Counted from the stretch's first letter, positions 40,722 through 51,721 are shown. The stretch is DNA of 64,000 nucleotides from Microcoleaceae cyanobacterium (GCA_051652765.1 JBOFUV010000034.1:128001-192000), one strand, 5' to 3'. The notes: generated by a model not told the origin, from the sequence alone. Program-made: numbers and translations.

Positions 40722-41049
40722 TGAGTCAAACTGATAGTGAGTCAATCATGATCTGCAGGATTGTGGTGTGGGCCGCCTATCTGCAAGCGAGAAACTTGCA
40801 CCCTTTGACCGCGTTACCTAATCGAACAAAGCTGGGTTGAACATTAGATTCACCAATGTCGAGCTGGTTTGACTCACTGTGGCTGGAGCATGGGTTCGCT
40901 TGGGCGGTTGGCAGAGGAGAGATATCAGACTCTTTCCTCTGCTCAACTAATCTCCCTAACCTACAGAAAGCCTAATTTTAAGACTCAACTTAGGCTGACA
41001 CCGAAGTCCAAGCCGCACTCAAGGATTATCCTAGAGTGCTTGTCCCCAA

Positions 41050-41250
41050 TCATCCCAACAATTCTTTGCTGGTATCAATGCTCTCCGTATTACCATCCTC
41101 ATCAGTTCCGGTGTATTCGGCTATGATTCTCTCCGTTGGGCTAATTTGAACGGAAGAGAACCCTAGAAAATCTGCACTCGGATAAAAGGTAGGCAAAAGC
41201 GCAAAGCCTGATGAAAAAAACAGCCCAAGGATTAAAGATACCTGTTTCAT
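41050..41250 (-). CDS. small putative exported protein
   Basis: 66 aa, ATG start, signal-like hydrophobic N-terminus and acidic tail, in a long intergenic region. Confidence 0.35.
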   Translation of the reverse strand: MKQVSLILGLFFSSGFALLPTFYPSADFLGFSSVQISPTERIIAEYTGTDEDGNTESIDTSKELLG

Positions 41251-41600
41251 TTTAGTAAACCCTGTTTGATGAACCCTGATCTTGAGAACTAATGATGCTT
41301 CGAAGGATCTCTAAAAGTGGATACTTAACAGTTACCCACTTGAACTTTTAAAAAACACTTGGTAGAATGCTGAGGGTCTCGCTTGAACTATAAATCAATC
41401 GAAGCAAAATCTAGATTTGTAGTCTAATTCTTGATCAAATGTGGCAATCTTGTGAAGCAGGTGTTAACCCATCAGGTATCAAACCCCTCATCAATATTGC
41501 CTCCTGTGATGACAGTAAACTATCATGCCCTTCCTAGAGGGCAGGAAGGAAGTCTGACAGTTCAGGAATTGGCATAGTTTTGGTATGGATCACTAGCAAA

Positions 41601-42269
41601 ATGGCTATTTATTACGAAGTTCATCCTCATAACCCACAGGATCGCCTGATCAAACAAATCGTGGACTCTCTTCGGGATGGGGCGGTAATGCTCTATCCTA
41701 CTGATACGGTGTATGCCATCGGATGCGACTTGAATGTCAAGCCAGCCCTAGAACGGGTGCGGCAAATCAAACAACTGGCGAATGATAAGCCCTTAACTTT
41801 TTTGTGTTCATCCCTGTCCAATATTGCCCACTATGCAGTGGTGAGCGATTCTGCCTATCGCATCATCAAACGCTTAGTTCCTGGTAGCTATACTTTCTTG
41901 CTGCCTGCCACTAAGCTGGTTCCCCGACTAGTCATGGCTCCAAAGCGCAAAACGACGGGAATTCGAGTTCCCAATCATCAGGTTTGTCTCTCTTTAATTG
42001 AAGCGTTGGGCAATCCAGTGATTTCCACCTCGGCTCATGTTGCCAATGAACAAGAGGAACAAGCTCTTACTAGTGCGCCTATTTCCGGAGATATCGGCAA
42101 GGCAGAACTGTTTGATTCCCTTGGAAAACTAGTGGATATCATTATTGACGATACCTCTGACCTGGGATATCAAGTTTCTACCATTATTGATCTAACCGAG
42201 CCTAATCCTGTCTTAGTTCGTCAAGGGAAAGGCTGGGAAGCTGTTGCTGACTGGCTGACAGAGTCCTAG
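41601..42269 (+). CDS. Sua5/YciO/YrdC-family protein
   Basis: YPTDTVYAIGC, PGSYTF, GIRVP, STSA, STIIDL. Confidence 0.9.
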   Translation: MAIYYEVHPHNPQDRLIKQIVDSLRDGAVMLYPTDTVYAIGCDLNVKPALERVRQIKQLANDKPLTFLCSSLSNIAHYAVVSDSAYRIIKRLVPGSYTFLLPATKLVPRLVMAPKRKTTGIRVPNHQVCLSLIEALGNPVISTSAHVANEQEEQALTSAPISGDIGKAELFDSLGKLVDIIIDDTSDLGYQVSTIIDLTEPNPVLVRQGKGWEAVADWLTES

Positions 42270-42365
42270 AAATTAGACTTATTCGTTTCAACAGATTTGT
42301 TTCAACCGAGAATAAATCAGGGGGGTTGGGCTGACAGCAGTAGCAAATTCAACCGAGTTTTGAGG

Positions 42366-43094
42366 CTACTGGGTCAGCCCATTTTCTAAGGCGTAGCGAA
42401 CAAGTTCGGTTCGACTGTTCGTCCCGGTTTTTGTAAACAAGCGACTGACGTACTTTTCCACATTCCGAACACTGGTCTCTAGGCGACTGGCAATCTCTTT
42501 ATTCATCAGTCCCTGAGCGACTAGATCTAAGACACTTTGCTCTCGGGGAGTCAGATCAATCTGAATCGGAGACCGATTCTGCTGAATCCCAACCCGCCCT
42601 TGCAGCATATTTTCAATCCGGGCAATTTGCTTTTCTAGGGTTGCTAAATCCGATGTGCCTGAGTTTTCCTGGGAAACGGTTCGACGCTCCAAGAGATTCC
42701 TCACAACTACTACCAGTTCTTCGGGGTCAAAAGGCTTGGGAATATAGGCATCACACCCTGCTCGATACCCCTGAATTCGATCAGTCGTCATCCCTTTGGC
42801 AGTCAGAAATACCACAGGCAGAGCTTTAAATCGAGGATCTTCCCGCACTTGCTTGAGAAATTGATAGCCATCAACCCCCGGCATCATCACGTCTGTAATC
42901 ACTAAATCTGGCAAAGTTTGTTGCAGCACTTCCCATCCTTCCTGGGCATTGCTGGCAACATCAACGATAAAACTGCTTTCTTCCAAGTAGGCTTGAACCG
43001 CTTCTCGAAGTCCAGGTTCATCATCGACCAATAAAAGCCGTGCTGGAGGAACTGAAATATCTTGCAATTCAATGCCTTGAGTCGGATTAGGCAT
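42366..43094 (-). CDS. ycf29: NarL/LuxR-type response regulator (Ycf29/Rre1-like)
   Basis: LLVDDEPGLR, DVMMP, LTPREQSVL...TSVRNVEKYVSRL...TNSRTELVR. Confidence 0.85.
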   Translation of the reverse strand: MPNPTQGIELQDISVPPARLLLVDDEPGLREAVQAYLEESSFIVDVASNAQEGWEVLQQTLPDLVITDVMMPGVDGYQFLKQVREDPRFKALPVVFLTAKGMTTDRIQGYRAGCDAYIPKPFDPEELVVVVRNLLERRTVSQENSGTSDLATLEKQIARIENMLQGRVGIQQNRSPIQIDLTPREQSVLDLVAQGLMNKEIASRLETSVRNVEKYVSRLFTKTGTNSRTELVRYALENGLTQ

Positions 43095-43234
43095 AGGCTT
43101 TCCCTCGATGAGTCATTGATCTCAGTCTAACGAGATCAGTGACTAAAATGTATCCCTAAAAATAGGCGGTTTTCAGAAACAGCCCTACACTTGACAATTT
43201 CAGCTAAAAATCCTCAGCCAGGTTCACTGACCCA

Positions 43235-43576
43235 TTAAGACTCTGATGAGGAAGAGTTACGGTCAATCAAAGCTTGAATTAACAGTTTAATCCCCAACAA
43301 AACTAAACCCAAGGCAATGAATCCAAACACGGCTGTGCCCATCATGCACAATCCTACAACTACAGTCTTGACGGCAACAGACATCCGAATTGCGACAGCG
43401 TTGTCAGAATAAACCGGTTTATGAGCATAAACTTCTATGACTGATCGGGTGAGAAAATAAAGAGCCGTGGCGATCGCCCCTAAAACGACCCCATTACTAA
43501 AACAGTTAAACGGGGTCAGGGTTGAGTTAGGAACTTTCCCTTGAGAAACATCGGATTTAGAATTTGAAGGAGTCAT
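43235..43576 (-). CDS. DUF3082 membrane protein
   Basis: TPFNCFS...AIRMSVAVKTVVVGLC; downstream of ispE. Confidence 0.75.
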   Translation of the reverse strand: MTPSNSKSDVSQGKVPNSTLTPFNCFSNGVVLGAIATALYFLTRSVIEVYAHKPVYSDNAVAIRMSVAVKTVVVGLCMMGTAVFGFIALGLVLLGIKLLIQALIDRNSSSSES

Positions 43577-43701
43577 CAGATTTTAACCTCAAGCGATCCG
43601 TTTTACGATTCAATTCAGGATTGAACTTTGCAGGCGAGCTTTGACAACGCCTTGTTACTAACCCATCCAGTTTTTGCTCAGCTTGCCCTTGCCAAGCCTG
43701 T

Positions 43702-44646
43702 CTAAATCAGACTGACTCCATTGGGCACAAACTGAGCCATCCAGAAGTCTAACTGGGGATCAGGCATTTGACTCTGAACGGCTTTCATGACCTGCGCTGC
43801 TCGTTCCTGAGAGTCGATCAAGGCAAACACCGTTGGCCCAGAACCCGACATCATGGCCCCTAATACCCCCGGTTGATCGGCAAAGGCTTGTCGGAGCTGC
43901 TGAATCTGTGGATATTCAGGCAGGGCCACCTTTTCCAGATCATTGTGCAATCGTTGCCCAATTTGTTCGTTGTCCCGATGCATAATCGCGGCAACCATTG
44001 GCCCAGAATGGACTCGTTCCTGACGATGTTGCAAATCCTGGGTTGCAGAAACGTAGGTATGACTGAACTGTTGTCGATAGGTTTTGTACGCCCAAGGGGT
44101 AGAAATCGCCAGATCGCGATATTTGGCCAGGATCACGTAGAGATGATCTAGGTTGAGCAAGGGAGACAGCATCTCTCCTCGACCCGTGGACAAGACTGTG
44201 CCGCCTTCCAAGCAAAAGGGCACATCAGACCCAATTTGAGCGCCGAGTTCCTGCAATTCACCCTGGGTAAGACCCAACTGCCAGAGCAAATCAAGGCCCA
44301 CAAGTACGGCTGCCGCATCAGTAGAACCGCCCGCCAATCCAGCCGCAATCGGAATATTTTTCTGAATTTTGATTTCAACGCCACCATATTGGGCGATCGC
44401 GCTGGGAAATTCCTCTGCGATCAAAGCCGCTGCTCGATAGGCCAAATTACTGCGATCATTGGGAACTTCAGGATGATTACACTTCACACTAATCGCATCA
44501 ATTTCAATGCCATGAATCTCAATCTTGTCCGCCAAACTAATACTTTGCAATACCATGGCAAGTTCATGATAACCATCGGGGCGATCGCCAATAATTTCTA
44601 AATATAAATTAATTTTAGCTGGAGCGATTAAAGAGTAAGAGCGCAT
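43702..44646 (-). CDS. ispE: 4-diphosphocytidyl-2-C-methyl-D-erythritol kinase
   Basis: APAKINL, KNIPIAAGLAGGS, GSDVPF, MSGSGPTVF. Confidence 0.95.
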   Translation of the reverse strand: MRSYSLIAPAKINLYLEIIGDRPDGYHELAMVLQSISLADKIEIHGIEIDAISVKCNHPEVPNDRSNLAYRAAALIAEEFPSAIAQYGGVEIKIQKNIPIAAGLAGGSTDAAAVLVGLDLLWQLGLTQGELQELGAQIGSDVPFCLEGGTVLSTGRGEMLSPLLNLDHLYVILAKYRDLAISTPWAYKTYRQQFSHTYVSATQDLQHRQERVHSGPMVAAIMHRDNEQIGQRLHNDLEKVALPEYPQIQQLRQAFADQPGVLGAMMSGSGPTVFALIDSQERAAQVMKAVQSQMPDPQLDFWMAQFVPNGVSLI

Positions 44647-44656
44647 ATTTCTAGGA

Positions 44657-44760
44657 GTTACTGTTTAAGAGGTACTGTCTAAGAATTACTGTTTAAGAGG
44701 TACTGTCTAAGAGCGAGTTTCTCCAAGAGTTACCTTCTCTAAGAGTTACTTTCTCTAAGA
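44657..44760. repeat. intergenic tandem repeat: four 14-bp then three 16-bp units ending in AAGA
   Basis: GTTACTGTTTAAGA/GGTACTGTCTAAGA alternate, then GTTACTTTCTCTAAGA-type units. Confidence 0.85.
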
Positions 44761-45588
44761 GTGAGTTCTGGATGTTTGGGCTAACCGATCACTGAGCCCA
44801 ACCCATTGTTCAACCCCTAAATCTTCAGCCCGAGCTTGAGGATTAACAGTTAATTGTTCCAGAATTTGGGTCAAATCTTCCGGTTCTATTATACTTTTTA
44901 AATTATTTCGCAACATTTTACGCTTACTGGCAAAGCCTAACTTTACTAATGTTTCCAAGTGTTGGGGAGACTGAACCGCCGGATCAAAAGCCCGAGGTCG
45001 CAAGCGAATCACAGCGGAGTCAACTTTTGGAGGCGGATAAAAATACTGTGCTGGCACTTCGCAGATCAGTTCGCATTCTGCCAAATACTGAACTCGCACA
45101 GACAAGGCTCCAAAGGCTCTAGAACCGGGATGAGCAGCCAACCGCTGGGCAACTTCTTTTTGCACTAAAAGCACAATCAACTCGAAAGGAGTCTTCAGCG
45201 GATCAGCGATTGTGCCCAACAGCTTTTCTAAGATTGGGCCAGTAATATTGTAGGGAATATTTGCAACTACCTTATTCAAGGTTTGAAACCGAGGAAAGTT
45301 AACCAATTGAGCCTCGACATCCAAGGTCAAAATGTCTCCTTGAAGCAGCAAAAAATTCTCGACTTTACCCAAGGTTTTCGTTAATCCTTGACATAAATCT
45401 CGATCAATTTCAACAGCGACGACAGATTGAACTGCAGGCAACAAACGAGTGGTTAACACCCCTGTTCCAGGCCCAATTTCTAACACGCGATCGCCCAAAT
45501 TCAGCTGAGCCGCAGTGATAATTTGGTTCAAAGCAGTCGGATTACGGAGCCAATGCTGAGCAAATTGTTTCCGAGGATAGGGAGGCAT
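44755..45588 (-). CDS. rsmA: 16S rRNA dimethyladenosine transferase
   Basis: FAQHWL, EIGPGTG, VANIPYNIT, PPPKVDSAV. Confidence 0.95.
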   Translation of the reverse strand: MPPYPRKQFAQHWLRNPTALNQIITAAQLNLGDRVLEIGPGTGVLTTRLLPAVQSVVAVEIDRDLCQGLTKTLGKVENFLLLQGDILTLDVEAQLVNFPRFQTLNKVVANIPYNITGPILEKLLGTIADPLKTPFELIVLLVQKEVAQRLAAHPGSRAFGALSVRVQYLAECELICEVPAQYFYPPPKVDSAVIRLRPRAFDPAVQSPQHLETLVKLGFASKRKMLRNNLKSIIEPEDLTQILEQLTVNPQARAEDLGVEQWVGLSDRLAQTSRTHS

Positions 45589-45625
45589 TCTAAATCTATA
45601 AGTCTACAAATCTCTAACGTTAATT

Positions 45626-48142
45626 CTAACGATCCAGACAATACTCTAAACTTACGAGCGCATAGGGAAAGGCATAAGAAAACCAGCGAGTCCACACATA
45701 TTCTGCCTCATCACTATTAATAAATGCATCCACCATTCTGCGCCATCCTGGATCACCTGCAGGTAAAATTAGCCCATAAAAATCACAGGTCAATGGATCT
45801 TCTGGGACTAAAGTATAGTTCTCAATCGGCAACTTCTGCCTAAACAGCTCACCGATGGTTAAAACACCATCATTTGCAAAAGTATCAATTTCATTATTAA
45901 CGACAGCATCTACCCCCGCAGTAATTGCATTTCCGCCTCGAAAATAAACCTTTGTAGTTTCCGGATATTTTTGGCGCAGAAATTCCTCCGTTGGTGTATT
46001 TCTAATCACTCCAGTGGTCACCCCTGATAAATCTCCATTGGGATTGATCCGAGTTTCATTAATAATTTTAGTGAGAAATTGTGCTCCAGTAATGAAAAAT
46101 GGTTGTGAAAAAGCAACACCTGAAATATTTCGCTGAATCGGGTTGGGGCCACACTCGAGTTGAACGGTTCTACTTCTGACGAGTGGATAGCGAGTATCAA
46201 CTGTTGAGGGGAAAATCACCAATTCAATTTCAACTGGAACATTAAGTTTCTGGGTTAAATAATCTCGAAAAGAATCAATTAATTCCGTGCAGTAGCCTTG
46301 AAGCTGTTGTTCCTGATCCAAATACCCAAATGGTACAGCATCTCGCCGAATTGCAACTTTTAAAACCCCTGTTTTCTGAATCTCATCTAGTACACTTTGT
46401 TGAGGAACTTGAGGAATAGTGACAACAGAGCTTGGGAGTGTAATGGGAAGAGGAGAAGGTTTTCCGTAGGCGGCTTCCAATTGTTCAAGGGTTAAAGAAC
46501 GGATCAAACTGACTTCTAGACCGGGCTGGCTGAGAGATTGATTGTAAGAAGCAGAGAGATAGGGCAAATAATTTTTATCTCCCCGAAGATAGGCGTTAAA
46601 AAAGGCCACGCTCAACCCAAAGAAATAGGGACGACCTAAATCGTAATTATCCCCAATAATCACTTTGGGTACTGACTCAATCCCTTCGGTATCTGACTGA
46701 ATGCTTGCAGTAAAGTGAGTGCCGGGATGTAACAGTGAAAAATACTTTTCGGGGACTTTCAATTCAATAAATGCATTGACTTGTTCTTGAATCATTGGAG
46801 TGACAATATCTTGACTCCCTGCAACAATCAGAGTAGGAATTTGAACCTGACTCATTCCTTCTGCACCAAAGATAGCACTGGTTAAAGGATGGGCAGCGAT
46901 CGCCACTTTAATTCGAGGATCGCGTAAATCGTAATCGATTTGGGGCAAGTAGACAGCTCGACATTGCAAAAGCAGGGAAACATTTAACGTAAAATTATCA
47001 GGGCGGCAGATTTGAGCGAGCTGTTCTGGAATGATTTTTGCTCCTGCTAATGTTAGTGCTGTGGTCGCGCCAAAAGAGTTTCCGACTACACCAATTTGGT
47101 CTAAATTGATGCGATTCATTAATTCTGGATCAGTCTTAGCCAATTGTTCTAGCCGATCAATAAATCGGGAAATATCTAAAGGACGGCTCACATATTCAAT
47201 CGGGCTTAATAATGAGTCTACGTTTCCCCGCAAGAAAGATTGACGATAGCCTAAATTGCTACCAATATGTTCTGGAATGGCAACTGCAAATCCATGGGAT
47301 GCCAAATGTTGAGCTTGATTGTTATTTCCGCGATAGGCTCCAAACCCATGACTAGAAATTACTAATGGGGAAGGTTTGTCCAAGCCTTCGGGTAGAAAAA
47401 TATCGACATCAAGCTGATAGGAACCTGTTAATCCTGTACCTGCCTGACGCAGATCTGAAATTGTAAAACTGATCGTTTGTTTAGTGAATTGATAGGGGCC
47501 TCTTTCTTGCAAACTAGGCAGTTGAGAAGAACTTATTTTAGGTTCTGTTGCCGCCTGTCGTTTAGCCTCTGCTTGGATTTCTGCTATGACGACAGTTCTA
47601 TAGTCAAGTAAGGCTGGAATTTCTTGAGCGGCTTGAGCCAGTAAACGCCCATCAATCCGAATCGTTTGAGCTGGAAATTGCCGAATCACATTAATCAAGC
47701 TAAATCCTTCGGCATCAGCAGCGGCAGCCACTAAAGCAGCTCGAATTGCCTCGGAACCATTGACATCCACATCAGTTTGGATGAGCTGACCAATCCGACG
47801 CATGACCACCTTACCGATTGGCATATTAACGACGCGGCTGACGATTTCTGGAGGAAAGTCAAAGCGTTTCTGAAAGGCTTGACGTAACTGAGCTAGGGTC
47901 TGTTGATCCACAAACTGAGAGTATGCCCCAAATTCACGGGTAATCTTGCCTTGCTCAACAAAGGTTTCTAGGGCATCAACGGACATATAAATTTCAGCAG
48001 GGGGGTAGGATAAAACAATTTTTTCTGCTCCAAAAACGGGCCTTTTATCCGATACAATACACAGAGAAATTAGACTAACGAATAAGCTCATTGAGACTAA
48101 TTTGATTTGTCTGCTTAACCCAAGCTGAGATAAGAAATTCAT
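45626..48142 (-). CDS. DUF1400 alpha/beta hydrolase fused to a family-3 substrate-binding domain
   Basis: DUF1400 start AEKIVLSY, SHGFG, GNSFG nucleophile elbow, GTHF; C-terminal GVLKVAIRRDAVPFGY...LECGP...FSQPFFITG. Confidence 0.8.
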   Translation of the reverse strand: MNFLSQLGLSRQIKLVSMSLFVSLISLCIVSDKRPVFGAEKIVLSYPPAEIYMSVDALETFVEQGKITREFGAYSQFVDQQTLAQLRQAFQKRFDFPPEIVSRVVNMPIGKVVMRRIGQLIQTDVDVNGSEAIRAALVAAAADAEGFSLINVIRQFPAQTIRIDGRLLAQAAQEIPALLDYRTVVIAEIQAEAKRQAATEPKISSSQLPSLQERGPYQFTKQTISFTISDLRQAGTGLTGSYQLDVDIFLPEGLDKPSPLVISSHGFGAYRGNNNQAQHLASHGFAVAIPEHIGSNLGYRQSFLRGNVDSLLSPIEYVSRPLDISRFIDRLEQLAKTDPELMNRINLDQIGVVGNSFGATTALTLAGAKIIPEQLAQICRPDNFTLNVSLLLQCRAVYLPQIDYDLRDPRIKVAIAAHPLTSAIFGAEGMSQVQIPTLIVAGSQDIVTPMIQEQVNAFIELKVPEKYFSLLHPGTHFTASIQSDTEGIESVPKVIIGDNYDLGRPYFFGLSVAFFNAYLRGDKNYLPYLSASYNQSLSQPGLEVSLIRSLTLEQLEAAYGKPSPLPITLPSSVVTIPQVPQQSVLDEIQKTGVLKVAIRRDAVPFGYLDQEQQLQGYCTELIDSFRDYLTQKLNVPVEIELVIFPSTVDTRYPLVRSRTVQLECGPNPIQRNISGVAFSQPFFITGAQFLTKIINETRINPNGDLSGVTTGVIRNTPTEEFLRQKYPETTKVYFRGGNAITAGVDAVVNNEIDTFANDGVLTIGELFRQKLPIENYTLVPEDPLTCDFYGLILPAGDPGWRRMVDAFINSDEAEYVWTRWFSYAFPYALVSLEYCLDR

Positions 48143-48382
48143 AACAGGATGCCCCAGACTTAATTCTCGATTATTTGATTGCCTGTTGAAAGATCTTCAT
48201 GCCTTTCTGCATGAACTTTAACATGAAAGTTCTACTTTTCTTGACATGACTTAAAAGTCTTCTCACTGGGTCAGGATTGGATTTGTCAAGGTTTAACAAT
48301 GTGTCAGACAGAGTTAAACCTTGGCAATTTAGCTTAAAAATTGATCTATGATTAGAACGACTCTGTAAGAATTCCTGTTCTT

Positions 48383-48910
48383 TTGAAACATAAGCAACCT
48401 CAATCTTTAGAAACGATTATTGGCTGGCGCGAGTGGGTTGCCTTGCCGGAGTTGGGAATCACGGCTATTAAAGCCAAAATTGACACTGGGGCAAGGTCAT
48501 CTGCCATTCATGCGTTTCATGTAGAGCCATTTTCTAGAAATAATCAGCATTGGGTGCGGTTTATGATGCACCCCATTCAACGAGATGCCCATCATACCGT
48601 AGCAGCAGAAGCGAAGGTTGTGGATGAAAGATACGTTCGGAACTCTGGCGGACATTCTGAGTTGAGAATTGTGATTTTGACAACAGCAGAACTCCTAGGA
48701 CATCGATGGCCAATTGAATTAACGTTAACAAACCGCGATGTGATGGGCTTTCGTATGTTACTGGGGCGAGCAGCGGTGCGAAGACGGTTTTTGGTTGATT
48801 CTAGCAAGTCTTACTTGCTCAGTCATAAGCCAAATCGTCAAGGTTTAGAATCCAATGTCTTAGAATCCAATGTTGCCGAAGAATCAATTAGGATGATGAA
48901 TATGAATTGA
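48383..48910 (+). CDS. RimK-associated putative protease (ATP-dependent zinc protease family)
   Basis: IGWREWV, AKIDTGARSS, LTNRDVMGFRMLLGR. Confidence 0.88.
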   Translation: MKHKQPQSLETIIGWREWVALPELGITAIKAKIDTGARSSAIHAFHVEPFSRNNQHWVRFMMHPIQRDAHHTVAAEAKVVDERYVRNSGGHSELRIVILTTAELLGHRWPIELTLTNRDVMGFRMLLGRAAVRRRFLVDSSKSYLLSHKPNRQGLESNVLESNVAEESIRMMNMN

Positions 48911-49029
48911 CCTCAGTTCGGGTTGGGCCGATTGAGGAAAAGCAAAATCCAGATTGAGCGCGGATCTCGTTCCGAACTTAGATCATTATTTAGTTATGAT
49001 TGAACTGATTACTGCCCTGAAGGGTCGAT

Positions 49030-51072
49030 TTGTGTATGCTACGCCACCTTGTTTCCCGGGTCTTTGATGTTACGGTCTTCGGCGTTACGGTCTTTGCCCT
49101 TACTAGTTCGACCCCTGCAATCGCAGCACCAACCCCCGACCGAGAAGAAGCCTGTGACATCTTGGTACTGGGGGGTGGATTAGCTGGAGCCGCAACAGCC
49201 TATGAAGGACTAGTGGAAGGACGAACGGTCTGCATGACCGAAATTACAGATTGGGTGGGAGGTCAGATTTCCTCCCAGGGAACCTCCGCCCTAGACGAAC
49301 GCCCGACCCAGCGAGAACTTTTATTTTTTCCAAAAGGTTACTTAGAACTGCGGCAACGGCTTGAAACCTACCACGGGCGGCTGAATCCAGGGGGATGTTG
49401 GGTGAGCGCGACTTGTTTTATGCCCTACGACGGTCATCGCATTCTCTTCCAAATGTTGCAGGATGCGGAACGGCAAGGCGGTGGTACCCTAAAATGGTTC
49501 CCTGCAACTGTTGCAAAGGACGTTGAACTGGCCAATCGCCAAATTACCAGTGTTACCGCCATTCAACATAGCCCTGCCCCGGGAGCGCCTCCCCTCAATA
49601 CTGAACCCTTGTCTCAGGTGATTGAAGAGGCTTATCGCTACGAAGACTCGCCCCAATTTCAGAAAACAGTTATCCGGTTCGTGCCAGCGACAAAGTTAGC
49701 CGCAAACCCCTCAGCCACCAACCCTTCGGCCCCAAGCTGGTATATTGTTGAGGCCACAGAAACCGGAGAAATCCTAGCCTTAACGGATGTTCCCTATCGG
49801 CTGGGAATCGATGCCCGAACCTCGGATGATCCGACCGCTTCCAGTGTAAACGGTGCGCCCTACTGCACCCAAGGGTTCACCTACACCTTTGCAATGGAGG
49901 CAACAGCAAACCCTCAAACTCATACCCTGCCACCGTTTTACAAAATCTATGAGCCCTACTACAGCTACGAGTTGGAACGGCTCGCGAGTTTTCCCTTGGT
50001 GTTTACCTATCGGCAGATTTACAGTACCCGCCCCGATGAGCAACGTCCTGGTAACGTCCGAGATTGGCCGATCTACCCCGGTGACATCTCGATGCAGAAC
50101 TGGACATGGGGCAATGATTACCGTCCCGGCACCCTAGAGGATAATTTGATTTTGACCCACGACCAATTGCAAGTCATGGGATACCTGGAACCTGGGAACT
50201 GGCAAGGAGGCTTGCGAGCCGATACATTGCGACGGGGAGAAGAAAATGCTATCGGTTACTTCTACTGGTTGGTCGTAGGTACAACCGATTCTCAACTGGG
50301 AGCAAACATCAAGAAACCCTATCCCAACCATCGTTACCTCACGGGACTGGATTCGCCCATGGGCACCGTTCATGGCTTGTCTAAGTTTCCCTATATGCGA
50401 GAGGCACGGCGGGTAATTGGTCGCCCCAGTTGGGGCTATCCTGAGGGGTTCACGATTAATGAAATTGACATGTCCCGCAACGATTTCTCCCAAGATTTGT
50501 ACCGCAAGACTCTTCCTCCCGATGAATACGAAGCGATGCGACTGAGATTGGCAGGACTCGAGCTTCCAGCCTTAGTGACGGGACTGCAAACCCTGGCCCA
50601 AACTAGCCTGCGATCGCGAGCCAAGCTTTACCCAGACACCGTCGGGATTGGGCACTATGCCATCGACTTTCATCCCTGTATGACCAAGAGTCCAGCAGAA
50701 GCTCCTGGCAATACGGAGCGAGCGGGAGAACGTTTGGGTCAAGGAGGAGCCTATCCCTTCCAAATTCCCTTGAGGTCAATGATCCCCCAAAAAATTGACA
50801 ATATGCTGGTGACGGGAAAGAGTATTGCCACCAGTCATATTGCTTCTGCGGCCTATCGTGTCCATTCCTTTGAGTGGTCATCTGGGGTAGCGGCTGGAGC
50901 GACAGCAACGTTCGCTTTGGAACAGGGCATTGCCCCCTATGAATTGGTAGATGACTTACCCTCTCGAGAACTCCAGTTGGAAACCTTACAACAACAGTTG
51001 CAGGAAAGCGGCAACCCGATTGCCTTTCCCGGTAGCTCAATTTTCAATCGTTCTTGGCAAAACTGGAAGTAA
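49030..51072 (+). CDS. exported FAD-dependent oxidoreductase
   Basis: ILVLGGGLAG, WVGGQISSQG, PYMREARR, FQIPLRSMIP. Confidence 0.85.
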   Translation: MCMLRHLVSRVFDVTVFGVTVFALTSSTPAIAAPTPDREEACDILVLGGGLAGAATAYEGLVEGRTVCMTEITDWVGGQISSQGTSALDERPTQRELLFFPKGYLELRQRLETYHGRLNPGGCWVSATCFMPYDGHRILFQMLQDAERQGGGTLKWFPATVAKDVELANRQITSVTAIQHSPAPGAPPLNTEPLSQVIEEAYRYEDSPQFQKTVIRFVPATKLAANPSATNPSAPSWYIVEATETGEILALTDVPYRLGIDARTSDDPTASSVNGAPYCTQGFTYTFAMEATANPQTHTLPPFYKIYEPYYSYELERLASFPLVFTYRQIYSTRPDEQRPGNVRDWPIYPGDISMQNWTWGNDYRPGTLEDNLILTHDQLQVMGYLEPGNWQGGLRADTLRRGEENAIGYFYWLVVGTTDSQLGANIKKPYPNHRYLTGLDSPMGTVHGLSKFPYMREARRVIGRPSWGYPEGFTINEIDMSRNDFSQDLYRKTLPPDEYEAMRLRLAGLELPALVTGLQTLAQTSLRSRAKLYPDTVGIGHYAIDFHPCMTKSPAEAPGNTERAGERLGQGGAYPFQIPLRSMIPQKIDNMLVTGKSIATSHIASAAYRVHSFEWSSGVAAGATATFALEQGIAPYELVDDLPSRELQLETLQQQLQESGNPIAFPGSSIFNRSWQNWK

Positions 51073-51141
51073 GTGTACTTAATCAGTGCACTTAAAATGA
51101 TTGCCCTGCAAGTGCAAGACAGAAATTACTCAGGGAAGTTG

Positions 51142-51537
51142 TTATTCGTCGTCTTCCCGAGAAGACGTTTGATCCTTCCGAATGACCCACTCAAACATTG
51201 TTGCTGGGCGAGTTTGCTTGGGCGGATCAGCCTTGGATGGGGAAAGCTTAACTTCATGATCCACTCGAATAATTTGATCTCGAATAGACGCAACCCCAGA
51301 GGAACTGGGTGGGGCCAGAGGTTGATCGATGCTCCACCAGATTGCCAGGTAATATCCAGAAATACTTGCAATTAGACCCAATATAATGCTCAGTCCCAAA
51401 GGATACTGAACTAAAAAGAATCCGACTGTAAACAGAATACCAAGCAGTAGAGCAGCAGCAATCCCATCTGAACTGTTAGAATTGCTGGCTGAGGCACTCG
51501 AGGAAGGAGCTGATTTTTCATCAGAAGAGTCAGTCAT
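51142..51537 (-). CDS. hypothetical membrane protein
   Basis: 131 aa, ATG start, two TM segments. Confidence 0.6.
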   Translation of the reverse strand: MTDSSDEKSAPSSSASASNSNSSDGIAAALLLGILFTVGFFLVQYPLGLSIILGLIASISGYYLAIWWSIDQPLAPPSSSGVASIRDQIIRVDHEVKLSPSKADPPKQTRPATMFEWVIRKDQTSSREDDE

Positions 51538-51721
51538 GGGTCGTTACGTTAAGGCAATGTACTTTAGCAACACATTAGATTTAGGGCAAACAACGTGAAA
51601 GTCACTTGACCTGCTTGTCTTGTTGGCACGGACAGAAAGTTGATCCCAACCTGTATTGTTTCATTTTTAGATTGGCATCATCCCTGTTTTCAGTGTAACC
51701 TTTCCATGACGCTTCCAAGCG

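Noticed and set aside
48383..48910. RimK-associated protease without rimK as a novel system
   Set aside because: A stand-alone copy is unremarkable, and rimK may lie elsewhere in the genome.
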